The notes: generated by a model from the letters alone, not told the origin. A stretch of DNA of 63,968 nt, filler included, from Dugesia japonica (GCA_001938525.1; 6 parts of 6 records of this genome joined end to end with filler, not necessarily neighbours in it); one strand, 5' to 3'; positions 1 through 11,880 are shown, counted from the whole stretch's first letter. Numbers and translations are program-made.

Positions 1-628
1 TTACAACTCAAGTGTTAATTTTTATGGAAACGAATAACAAAATAAAAGATTCTGAGGAAACTACTTACAACGACTAACGATATTAATTTTTATCATTTGT
101 AGTGAACAAGTCTACTGACGAGCGTATGGGGAAGAAAGAAGTCATAGCAACCCAGCAGAGATGGAAGGAGGAACGGAGGGAATAAAAAAAAGAAATTCTG
201 CGGCTGAAGGGACAAGTACAGAAGTCAGCGGCCAAATACAATCAGATCAAAGAGAAGGAATTGTCCCTTCAGCACTCAAACCGGTTGATGACCGACGTCA
301 TCAAGACGTCCGCGGATCGCGAAAGCGCCATGTTTGTATCTCTGCGAACGTGTTGGCTTAACTATCGACCCCTCGAGGAGACAAGCACAATCACTGAGTC
401 GACCATCGATTTGGATGCTGAATAGATGGATTATATATGTAAAATAAATGTTAATCAGTGTTGATTGGAGTGATTTGTGTGCTATAGTATTACTTATTGA
501 GTTGCAAGTACTAGATTTAATTTTACTGAGCATGTTAGATCATTGCTGTCCGGGTTCAAAGATTTTATGAGTAATACGCGATACCACAAAGTTGCGCTGA
601 ACCCTTGGAAAGAAAGGGGCATGTCACA
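1..628 (-). mobile_element. Possible LTR (solo or terminal), running off the window edge
   Basis: GC-richer non-coding block. The minus strand starts TGTGACATG at 628 (the same start as the PPT-flanked LTR at 2929) and reaches ...GAGTTGTAA at the window edge. No PPT or PBS is visible. Confidence 0.3.
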
Positions 629-2460
629 GAGGTGACATAGATACTTGTGGTTTCTAGGTATGCCCCTAGACATGTAAATGAATTACGAATTATTAGAAGC
701 GAGGTCGATGAATTTGAAGCTAAAATTTTAAAACGTCAAATCCTAAAAACCCAACAATATTAATTTTATATAGTTAAATATATAATAAAAACACAAGATA
801 AAAATATTTAATATGTAAATACAGTCAGCACCCGGGTGATATACTACACCCCTCGTTACCTCCCATTGCTTGATGCCTTAAGCATGTGTTTATATTGCTT
901 ATAAGTTAATCCATCAGTATGGAGTGCAGATATAATTTCCCCTTGGAAATAATTTTTCCATGGAAATAAGTTCCCCTGGAAATAATTAACCCTTGGAAAA
1001 AATTTTAATGGAATTATAAATTTAAGGGAATTATGGTGATTTGGTGTATTTTAATGGATATATGTGATTTTTGACAATTTTTAGTGGTTTTATGGGAATG
1101 TTGTTAAGTTTCAGAAATTTGTGGTTTTTTAATGAAAATTAAGGATTAATAGGAGTTTTCATGAAATTTAAGGAATTATGTAGATTTTTATGTGATTTAT
1201 TGGTATCTTTCGGTAATTTTAAGGAAATTGTGAGGTCTTTCGTGAATTTTAAGGGTACTTTGGGTCTTCATGAAATTTTAGGATTCATAGAGATTTCATG
1301 AAATTTTAAGGGGTTTATGGGGTTTCATAAAATGTAAAGATTCGTAGATATTTCATGAATTTTATTGTGATTTTTCGGGAAATTTAATGACTTATGATGG
1401 TTTTTGTATTTCAGGGGATTTGTTGTAGTCTTTTAAGAAACTTATAAAGGTTTTATAATGGCATTTTATATGATGCTATAATTGTTTTATTGGGACTTTA
1501 TACTGGTTTTAAGGACTTTATAGAATATTTAATGAATATTTAATNGCTTTGTGGTGTTTCAGTAAAATTTAAGGATTCAGAGGTTTAAGCGCTGAAATCT
1601 GAGTTTTGATATTTTTCACGATTCTTTTAGAATTCATGGTGATTATAATAGTTTATGGGATTTATTGTGGTTTTATAAGAGCTTTAAATTGGTATTTCAT
1701 AAAAGTTTCATATAATGTTTTAATTGGTTTAATATTGTGTAATATGGGGATCGTGCGGGTTTTAATGACTTTATCCATTATTTTAATTATTACTTTAATT
1801 TACATGGGTAATATTATTATAATTATTATTAAACATTTAAAAAGGGATATTTATAGAAAATCATTGAAAATATTAGAAAATCACGTAAAAGTACTATAAA
1901 ACCATGTAAAACACATTAAAACATCATATAGAATACCATTTTAAAATCTTTATAAATATCCCATAAACACCTAAAAATTCATGAAAACAGCCCTAAATCC
2001 ATTAAAATTCATGAAAGCACCCGTAAATCCCTTATAATTCATAAAAACACAATAATTCATTAAAATTCCCGAAAAATCACAATAAAATTCATGATTCTTT
2101 ACATTTTATGAAACCCCATAAACCCCTTATAATTAATGAAAACACCATAAATCCTTTAAAATTTCATAATAAATTTTGACAAATCCCATAAATTTCATAA
2201 ATTCTACATGAATCTTTAGATTTTATGAAACCCTCATAAACCCCTAAAAATTATGAAAACTTAAAAATTTCAAAAAAATTACCAAAAATACCAATAAATC
2301 CCATAAAATCCATGAAATTACCACAAATCCTTAAACTTCCCGAAAAAATCTCAATAAATCTCATAAAATTAATGAAATCTTTAGCGAATCTTTAAATTTT
2401 ATGAATCTTCCCATAAACCCCTAAAAATTCACAATAAATCTTAATAAATCCCATAAATTT

Positions 2461-2929
2461 GTTGGGTTCCATCTGAGTTGGTATTTAAAAAATCATGGCT
2501 GGGGGAAAAAACAGTCCTCGGTGGACCCCAGAAAGAATTTGCAATATATTGGGTCAAAAAATTGACCTTGTTAAAAAGGCGATTTGCAGTTTTATTAGCA
2601 ATTTCTAATTGCTTTTTGGACACCAGCTCTTATTTTTTATTAATCTGTTCTTTTGTGAAATGTTGCGGAGCCGAGTCCATTCGCAGCGCTTTGCGTTATG
2701 ACACTCCATTTATAAACTTTTGCAATAGCTTGTGGCATCGTCGGATGCTTTTTGGCAGTCGTATTCTTGGCACTAAACGGGAATTTGAGATAAATAATGA
2801 ACTATTATTTTATGCAGTATTTTAGCGAATAGATAAAATAGTCAAATAAGATTTTTGTCGAGAATCAAAACAGTTTAAAACACACTGAACAACAAGATAT
2901 ATTTTATCAAAGGGTTGACACATGTCACA
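2461..2929 (-). mobile_element. Truncated 3' LTR of an LTR retrotransposon
   Basis: On the minus strand the polypurine tract AAAGGGGAAGA (2930-2940) is immediately followed by TGTGACA at 2929. Confidence 0.5.
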
Positions 2930-2938
2930 TCTTCCCCT

Positions 2939-3250
2939 TTAAGCTTGTGGTGTCTGGGTAGATTTATCTATATTTAAAGGGTCTAATATGACCCGTTTGA
3001 GCAGCTCTAGTATATCAGATACAAGCTTATATTCTCTCTCGTGCATGGAATGTATGATGTTGGCAAAGGACTCGAGCTGTATCTTCCATCCTGGCTCCTG
3101 TGCGTGGGAAACCTCCTCTTCCTGTTGGTATTTGTAACACCGATTCTTATAGCGTCTAAACTCTGCTTGTGCGGTTGTAACATCGGCCTCACATCTGCTT
3201 TTGGCCAAGAGATTGATCTCCCAGGTAATTTCAAGGTCTTTTGGGAGCAA
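2939..3250 (-). CDS. Unknown ~103-aa ORF ending at the PPT of the LTR element; probably frameshifted at its 5' end
   Basis: Protein-like composition in AT-rich DNA; the stop codon overlaps the PPT; no recognisable domain. Confidence 0.35.
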   Translation of the reverse strand: MLPKDLEITWEINLLAKSRCEADVTTAQAEFRRYKNRCYKYQQEEEVSHAQEPGWKIQLESFANIIHSMHEREYKLVSDILELLKRVILDPLNIDKSTQTPQA

Positions 3251-5629
3251 CAGATCAGTTACGAGAGGGATTCAATAAAAAAGTTAGTTAAATTAGACAT
3301 CATTGAATCTTTTAAAATAATCAAAATCAACTAAGTTTGTAACTTTAGCCACCATTTTTAATCAATTTGATTCAGAAAATGGGTAAACTATAAAATTCAA
3401 AGGGCATTAAGCCTCAACTGTAGCTTGGATATTACTTAAAATCGATTTTAAGAAGAGAATGAACGAAATGATGATCAGCTACATTTATTTTGAAGTGTTA
3501 AACAAAAGAATAAATTATTCAATAAGTTCCTAAATAATCACTTAAGTCAAGTTCGAGAGATGCTGGAGAGGGGGCCAATTGCGTGAGGGTGCGTACCTCA
3601 TTGGGCCAATACTGATATAACCAGCACTCTGCTCTGTCCATGGCTCGTTGGGATTAGATGGTGAATGTGGGAAGATTTAAGCAGTCATTTAGTATAACCT
3701 TATCACGTTGATAGGGATTTAGTATCCGCTTAAAAACCATACGGTTGATTCCTTCATCTAAACTGAGACTCAAATGATATTCGGACACTAGAAACAAAAG
3801 TTAACAATTATTTACTGGTCACATCTAATTATCTGAAGATAAACAACGAAAAGGATTTGAGAAAATAACAATTAATTAATTTTATTTATCATTAAAAGCA
3901 AGATCAAGAATCATGGTTTGAGTCCACAAAAAAGCTTAAGTCAGTTTTATCGGGGTATTCTACTAGTTCTGGAAAAAAAGATGCCCGATTAGTTGTAACA
4001 GGCGTACAAACTTCTTTTCTTTACGAATCAAACGCTATACCTTGCGTAATACTGCAGACATAATTCTAGAAAATGATATATAACCAAAGTTGGAAGTTTC
4101 AATTAGACTATAAAATAAAACATCTGAGTCCTGTGGTAATGTAAAGGTTATTATTTATGGACAAGAATTGCTCTGAAATCATCATCAACCGTAATGTTTA
4201 TTTATTATATCGGGAACTGCTGAGTTAACGATCGTATTACTCATATACTTTCATGAATAACATCGTGAATGGTAAACCTATTAATATGAATAATTATCAC
4301 AATATCGACTCTTAAAACCATTAGAGTAAAATTCAAAATAATCATAATTAATTGAATAAAATTGGCAATCTTCATGATACCAGTAATGAGAACAAAAATG
4401 GTCTCAATGATAATTTTAATATTGATAGTGGTATCAATAATGCCCAGCACGTTAAGAATAATTACGATGCTAATNNNNNNNNNNNNNNNNNNNNNNNNNN
4501 NNNNNNNNNNNNNNNNNNNNNNNNAACAGCAACCATCATGTTGGGTTAGGGTAAATTTTATTTTTCATTTTAGAAAATAATTTATGATTTTGTTTATCTG
4601 TTAATTGTAGCGTTGTGGTATTTTATCCTGGTATAAATACCGATGAGAATTTCAGTCTATTTGTTTTTTCATTCTAATCGATTTGATCGTGTCGCCTGAA
4701 ACAGCTATAACTGAATATTATGTCGTTGCGACTGGTCTATTCTTTTATTTGAATTTATTATTGAATTTTAATTTGCAATCTTAATAAATTTNNNNNNNNN
4801 NNNNNNNNNNNNNNNNNNNNNNNNNNNNNNNNNNNNNNNNNNNNNNNNNNNNNNATCTATATATAAAAATATCTAAAATCAACAAAAATAAAAATATTTC
4901 TGATCCGTTTAGGAAAAGTTATATTTACAGCTAAGTCAATTATTACTATAATAATTAACCTAACTTCATATTATGTTTATTGTAATTGCGACGATCTAGT
5001 TAATCTATTGTTAGAGGCTTTAATCTGCTGTTTGGAAGCCCTAACACACATCAATATTAATAATGGCAATAATATCAAGAATGATAAAAGTAGCAATGAT
5101 TTGGGAAAATCGTGATCATAATAATAGGCATAATACCCACCATTTCCCTAATAATAATAGTAGAAATGGCAATAGCGACTAGGGCAACAATATATTATCG
5201 GATACCTGAATGATAATAATGATATTATTGATAGATTTTATAAATTAGCATAACTAAAACCGCGAATAACTAAACCAAAGTGATTAACAAGTAACGTCAT
5301 TTTCACTATCATTGGCATGATTTAGAGTAATTTATTGGTGAATTAGCTTTGTCGTTAATATGAACTCAGTTACATCAGAGACTATTTACGACTGACTACA
5401 AATTCTAAATTGGTATGCAACAAAGTTATCAGCAGTTGTTCAAAGAGAAGTTGACATTATGTGTTTTTTCTTGCTACTTCATACATGCGTATAACAGAGA
5501 TAAACCTTTTAACAGAAGCCGACTAAATTTGGGCATTTCTAACGCGTATAATGCTATTTAAAAACTCAGACCACTTTNNNNNNNNNNNNNNNNNNNNNNN
5601 NNNNNNNGGCAAGCTGACTAACTACTACT

Positions 5630-6809
5630 TTGTTTTTGAAACCTTGTTTTTGATACAAAACTTAGCCGAACTCTTCTAAAACTGGTGGGTTTTTATAGTA
5701 TTTTTGCCAACACCGCAACTTTCTACGAATTGGGTAATTATTTTTAACTTTGTTTTCCGTGTTTCGATTGATTCATTGTCTGATTTTCAGACTTTTTCTG
5801 TAATTATGTTTAATAGGTGTTTTATTGGTGCCTATTTTTAGAAACCTCATGAGTAGTAGGATATAGGCCGCAGTATGAGTTATTGAGCCACCCTCGCGAA
5901 AATACATTTTATCTGCGGCGTTATTTGGTATGGGTTATTGAGGATTTCTATAGTATAAGAAAAAAATTGAATTTTTTATTTTAATGAAGTAGAGAGAGGC
6001 GCACTGCGGCAGAATAAGTTATCGAGGATTTCTATAGTATAAGAAAAATAAATTGAACTTAAAATTACCAAAAAATACCAATGTTTTCTTTTAATTAATG
6101 AAATTTTTTGTTTTAATTAATGGAGTTTTTTGTTTTAATTAATAGCAAATTTTGTGAGTAATTCATTAAAACAAAAATAATTAATTTATTGTTCTTGTAC
6201 TATAAAAATCCTAGATAACTCATTCTACTGCAGTGTGCCCCTCTCCACTTCATTAAAACAAAAAATAACCCATACTAAATAACGCTGCAGATAAAATTTA
6301 TTTTCGCGATGGGGTCTCAATAAATCATACTGCGGCGGTGCGCCCCTATCCTACTACTTTCATGACTTTCTTTTCTTTGTTTATTTGCCTTTTTCGTGCC
6401 TTGTTATTGGCCCAATCTTCATAGCCTTTTTTCCCATCTTTCTGATGATGATAACGTTTTCTGTTTAATGAAAACCCATTTCTTCGATGATAAACTTTCT
6501 GATTTTTCTTTCTTTGTGGAGTTATGACCATTCTGAGAGAAATTATTACCTTTTTACTGATTTTCGTCATGATTAATTTTCTTTTTTCATTTTAATTCAT
6601 TATTTTTTAATTAGGGTTAAAAACTTGTCAATTTAATATTTCATTATTACTTCTCTGTATTTCTTCTGGTTCTTTATNNNNNNNNNNNNNNNTTATTTGT
6701 GATTATTTGCAAAATGTTATTATTAAAGATAACCCATCAGTTGAGGCCTCATAGCTTTATTTCCTTCTTTTGGTCGTTATTTCGGGCCTCTGCCTATTTT
6801 TACTACGTG
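5630..6809. repeat. Dispersed repeat family, interrupted here by the Maverick-ended MITE; other copies at ~16230-16597 (same strand) and ~17805-18465 (inverted)
   Basis: Shared blocks GTGCCTATTTTTAG and TTCTGATGATGATAACGTTTT occur in the first two copies; CCTAAAAATAGGCACCAAT and AGAAAACGATAACACCTTCAGAAG occur in the inverted copy. Confidence 0.55.
5852..6358. mobile_element. Non-autonomous Maverick/Polinton-type MITE (507 bp, largely palindromic)
   Basis: Termini AGTAGTAGGATA...TATCCTACTACT with long imperfect inverted arms; 6-bp TSD CTCATG (5846-5851)/TTCATG (6359-6364). Confidence 0.8.
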
Positions 6810-8416
6810 GACCAGTGTTTCACCCCAAAAAATTCCATGAAATCTCTATTAATGCTTAAAATTCATGAAAGACCTCACATTTTCCTTAAAATTACCAAAA
6901 AATACCAATAAATCACATAAACCCCCANNNNNNNNNNNNNNNNNNNNNNNNNNCACATAAATCCAATAAAATTCACAAAATCCCGATAATTCCTTTAAAT
7001 TTCATGAAAAACATGTATCAAACCATTACAATTATTTTCAAGGGGAAATTATTGCATCAACCCATCAGTACATATTTATCATGTTAAAGAAAATTCCAAA
7101 TTTTATCTCGAAAAATTCAAAAAAAAACAATCGATAAGATTTATTATAAAATTCAAATGAAAAATAATACAAGCAATATTTAATGTTCAATCGTGTATAC
7201 TAATAAATTTTTTAATGTATACAATTCAGAAAATTTTTAAAAATCTTTTAAGTCCAAGCAGTATTGAATTGTTAAGAAACTGTAATTTTTAATTTGTTTA
7301 ATTCAACTCTTCTTAAATTATGAGCTGCGAGAAAATATTTTCGTGTAGGTAAGAAAAATGTTGCAATCAAATTAAATTCGAGCACTTAAATTTCAGTTTA
7401 TATACCATTGTGACGATCACAATAACAAAGTATGTATTTTGGCTGTGTTTATCTTAATTATTACAACTTAATAAAGTTATACCAACACGTTTTTTTTTAT
7501 TTAATTGATATCAATATCTATTTAAAATTTAAATTATTTCGTAGTAATTATTATTGGGTCGGGAAAATTCTCGTGAAGAAAATTCGGCCATGAATGCGAA
7601 TAGTTTATGAAACAATGATTTATTTCACAATTTATTAATTTAATAATAAATAATAGAAGGAACTGGAAAATAATGTCATTAATTATAAATAATAATGAAT
7701 TGGAGCAAATATAATTCAACATTAATTAAACGTTTAATTGACAATAATAAATTCAAATTTTTCAGTATTTATTGTTGTAAATTTACAAGAAATTATTATA
7801 AGAGCAGCAAAATTTAACATAAAATTACTGGATATTGATTTATATTTATAATCAATAAATATTATTAATTTGAAATAATGTTCTTGTCTAATCCAGTTGT
7901 CAAATTAATGATGGAAATTACATTTAATCGATTAGAAAAACAATAATTTTGGGAACTNCTATTAATCTATGGAGCTCTACAAATATTTTGTGTTTATTGT
8001 AATTTTCATTTTTTTAAAAATATGATTAGTAGAGAAAAAACAGAATTTTAATTGAAAGCTTGCCATCACCGTCAAAACCAGTTGTTATCAGATTGGATAG
8101 TTTGTTTGACGCTGCGTTAAAGTATGCAGATCAATTACCAGAGGTGACACTGATTGTCCCCAGTTTCGAAGATGAGGAGGTAATTGTCAGAAGGGGAAAG
8201 CAAAGTGTTAATCAAACTTTCCTTTGTTAAATTTTGGCTCAAATTTCATCCTGCTGCAAATCATTATCTTTGCTTATATCAAAATGTGAGTTTACTAACT
8301 ATTGCATTTAATTGGCTTTAGATGATTTAGGCATAATGCATTTTGAAAGTGATTCATGTCAAATCAANNNNNNNNNNNNNNNNNNNNNNNNNNNNNNNNN
8401 NNNNNNNNNNNNNNNN

Positions 8417-9050
8417 NTTAAGTGATATTTTTAGCTCGCCTCATTCTTAATTGCGTTGTTAGAGTCAAAACTCAGTATGAGGATGTGAAAATTTTGATTT
8501 CTGCTCTTAAATTCTGGTGAAAAATATAAACAGAATTTTAATTGAAAGCTTGCCATCACAGTCAGAACCAGTTGTTATCAGATTGGATAGTTTGTTTGAC
8601 GCTGCGTTAAAGTATGCAGATCATTTACCAGAGGTGAAACTGATTGTCCCCAGTTTCGAAGATGAGGAGGTAATTGTCAGTAAGGGAAAGCAAAGTGTCA
8701 ATCAAACTTTCCTTTGTTAAATTTTGGCTCAAATTTCATCCTGATGCAAATCATTATCTTTGCTTATATTAAAATGTGAGTTAACTAACTATTGCATTTA
8801 ATTGGCTTTAGATGATTTAGGCATAATGCATTTTGAAAGTGATTCATGTCAAATCAATCAATATTTGGAATTAAGAATTCAGAAAAACGACATAATCAAA
8901 ATAGGAAAGATAGAATATCCCAAAATTTCATCAAACGACTAATCTTTATTACTGAAATGCCAGTCAACGTCTTCAAGTGTTAAGAAAAGAAGCTTTTCGA
9001 TGCTCAATAAATTGCTCGCTAAAGATCGAAATGTTTGCACCCAAAATATA
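8417..9050 (+). pseudogene. Decayed coding-like segment of unknown product; partial duplicate at ~8035-8367 across an N gap
   Basis: The protein-like ORF 8517-8720 continues in frame past several stop codons. Confidence 0.35.
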
Positions 9051-10806
9051 AAATTTTATATCGGATAAATAATATTTTATACTTTCTTGTTATATTTGGT
9101 AATAAATTTTTATTCCTTAAATTTATTTTTTAAAATTAAAATTAAATTGTCCGATTGATTAGTTGAGCATTATTTGTGCTTTTTGGTAAATAATCTTTTA
9201 TTTTTTATTCAGGACTTTGATACAAATATAGCAGAAATAGTAAAAATATTATTTATTTTACGAAAAATAAATCTGAGAAAATTAATTAAACAAGTTTTAT
9301 GAGAAAAGTTTTATGAAAATGAAAACATAAGGTAAATTTTATTTTTACTCCTATAATAATTAGTTGTTACTGGTTGAATTAATTTAGTTACCTCAAATAT
9401 TTATTTATTTATTTCAGTAAACATCAATCGTTAGTAATATCATTAAACAGTCTAAAAAAATTTATAAATGTAAATATCTGCCAATATCGCAGTATTCTGT
9501 AATTAAATTAAGCTAATCAAATCATTTTTGTTTTTATTGCTAGTAGTGAGGGGCATATAAACCAATGGTCGAGTTCTGAGCCGAAATTCATAGCAGGGAG
9601 TTATATCAATGAATCCTTTCAATCTGTTAAAATTTTAATACAAATGTAAAGTTCGAAAAACTCTTCAATAATACATTGAAAATAGAAAAATACTATTTTT
9701 TNNNNNNNNNNNNNNNNNNNNNNNNNNNNNNNNNNNNNNNNNNNNNTTCATTTATTTATCTACTCGCATTTATCGAGTTATTATGTTGATTTTACTAACA
9801 AAAATATTTTCATAATTATTTTTTATCAATTAATTTTATCAGAGAAAAAAACTATATTAGCATTTATCATTTGATGCTTGTAGACATAATTAGTTTCTTT
9901 TAAAAAATTTCACTTTGATAAAAGTGAAATCATTGTAATTTACCTCGTGTAAATGTAAAATAATAATAGTATNNNNNNNNNNNNNNNNNNNNNNNNNNNN
10001 NNNNNNNNNTAATATTTCTAAATCAAAATGATTTATTACTTTCGTGATTAATACGAATTTAAAAATTTAATATACAAAATTTGAAAAAATAAATTTAAAT
10101 AGTCGTTTTTGGAATTAAAATGAATCCATAGAAGGTAAAAAACTATTCAGTATTCTCAAAATACAAACATTAACTGGCTATTTAAAATCTATTAAAAATG
10201 ATAATCATGAAATTCTCATAAAATCTATATCAATAAAACATAGAGAAGTAATTTTTTTCATGAAGTAATTTTCCATATTGTTATAAATTAGTTACTAAAA
10301 ATATAATCAAAAAATTCTTAATTTCATTCGTTAAAATTTGAAAAACAACAAATCTAATTTATGATTAATTTTTTTATATTGAGAATATTTATTTTAATAA
10401 AATAAGATGAAATTTAGTTAATTATATTAAAATACTAAATTAATGAATATAAAAATTTCCATGAAAAATTCAAAAATAAATTATATTACATTTATTTGAT
10501 TTTAAAAAGTAAAAAATTTTTTTTAAAGTATTAAAAATTATGAAAAAATGTAATAAATTAAAATTAATATTTTGTTAATTTAAATATTAATTTTAATGCT
10601 TTTTTGACAAACAGTATTTAGGTTTATTTAAAATTTTATCTGTAAATAATAATGTTTAAATAGTATAATTTAAATTTACATTTCAAATATATTTAAAAAT
10701 CAATTTTACTAAATTATTTATGCAATAATATTATAGTAAAATGAATTAAATCTTGATATTAAAGTAAAAAAAGAAATCTTAATAAAATATTTAAATTTTA
10801 GATAAA

Positions 10807-11880
10807 ATGGGCGATAATGAACTTATGACTAATTTAGCTACAGTTGAAATCAAGAAGGAATTATCTGATGAAGATGGTACAATTCCTTATGAATTTGAAA
10901 CTGATGATGACTGTATGACATCCAACGATGCAATTTTCGAAGTTATTCCTTTTATGGCAAAATTATTGTCAAATCTAAAGTGCTCATTTTATTCCCGTAA
11001 TAGTGAGATAGTAATCGCTGGTGTGGAATTAACGAGTGTTCAAGAGTTAATAGACAGATTGGTTCGCAAAAAAATTATTCCTAATCGAATGGATTGTGGA
11101 ATTGATTCAACGTTCACCTTGTTTATTTGCGATGAACAATTTAACAAAATTTCGCAATATGCCAATGAAAATTCTCTAATAATTCGATTCTTGCCTCACA
11201 TGGCAGTTGTTACTGAATGCACAAATTTATCACTGAGAATTGAAAATTCTGAAATCCAAATTTGTTCTATTTCTTATGATAGTTTGGCGTCTTTAATGAT
11301 TCGTTTGAAAGAATACGACATTCGTCCGAAACGAGTCGATTCATTACGTAACTCATTGTTTTCGTTGATTTTCACCGATCAGAGTTTTTCAAATGATTCA
11401 AACATTCTCAAAGTATTTCAGAACGAAGCTAATCTTATTCACGACCCGCTAAACATTCGTCGACCGAGAATTTGTCCGAATTATCTCCGTGATTATGTAA
11501 TCGAAAACAATAATGACGAACCCGTTTCCGGATTGGATTTAATTTCATTTGTTCCGTCTCGTTCGAATTTAGCGCCTGTCAAAACAACGCAAAATCATTC
11601 AAATAACGAATCTCTCGAAGATTTAGGGGAAATTTCTCCTCTAGTAAAACGAGGTCGTGGTCGTCCACGAATTAAACCACGCGCCTCAGATTTCAGTTTA
11701 GACTCGAATCAAATAAAGAGAGCACGTGGTCGGCCAAGACGCAGTGATATCGTGCCGAGTATTGTTGCCCCACGTTCCAATAGCTTCATTAACATTCAAC
11801 CGAAATCGATGACTGTCCAAGAGCTCGAGAGTTGTTTTGTTAAGTTTCTCGAGGCTGAAAATTTGTGCAATCAGAAATGA
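10807..11880 (+). CDS. Intronless 357-aa protein with an acidic N-terminus, two tandem 82-aa domains and two AT-hook motifs; putative nuclear DNA-binding protein
   Basis: Long intact ATG-to-TGA ORF in very AT-rich flanks. AT-hooks KRGRGRPR and RARGRPRR; TTTAG just before the ATG; AATAAA ~75 bp downstream. Confidence 0.85.
   Translation: MGDNELMTNLATVEIKKELSDEDGTIPYEFETDDDCMTSNDAIFEVIPFMAKLLSNLKCSFYSRNSEIVIAGVELTSVQELIDRLVRKKIIPNRMDCGIDSTFTLFICDEQFNKISQYANENSLIIRFLPHMAVVTECTNLSLRIENSEIQICSISYDSLASLMIRLKEYDIRPKRVDSLRNSLFSLIFTDQSFSNDSNILKVFQNEANLIHDPLNIRRPRICPNYLRDYVIENNNDEPVSGLDLISFVPSRSNLAPVKTTQNHSNNESLEDLGEISPLVKRGRGRPRIKPRASDFSLDSNQIKRARGRPRRSDIVPSIVAPRSNSFINIQPKSMTVQELESCFVKFLEAENLCNQK

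Larger units (their letters stand above)
920..7061. mobile_element. Foldback/Mutator-like non-autonomous element with long subrepeated inverted arms; right arm interrupted by ~4.3 kb of nested DNA
   Basis: The G/T-rich arm ~920-1770 is the reverse complement of ~1860-2460 and ~6810-7061. Terminal ATAATTTCCCCTTGGAAATAAT pairs with ATTATTTTCAAGGGGAAATTAT. A perfect 9-bp direct repeat CCATCAGTA flanks it at 911-919 and 7062-7070. Confidence 0.75.

Noticed and set aside
930-2460. Periodic repeats superficially like a CRISPR array, and ORF 1606-1899
   Set aside because: Degenerate minisatellite arms without unique spacers or cas genes, in eukaryotic DNA; the ORF is a composition artefact.
6442-6465. 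CTGATGATGA here and at ~16474
   Set aside because: No stem II or GAAA follows; it is part of a dispersed repeat.
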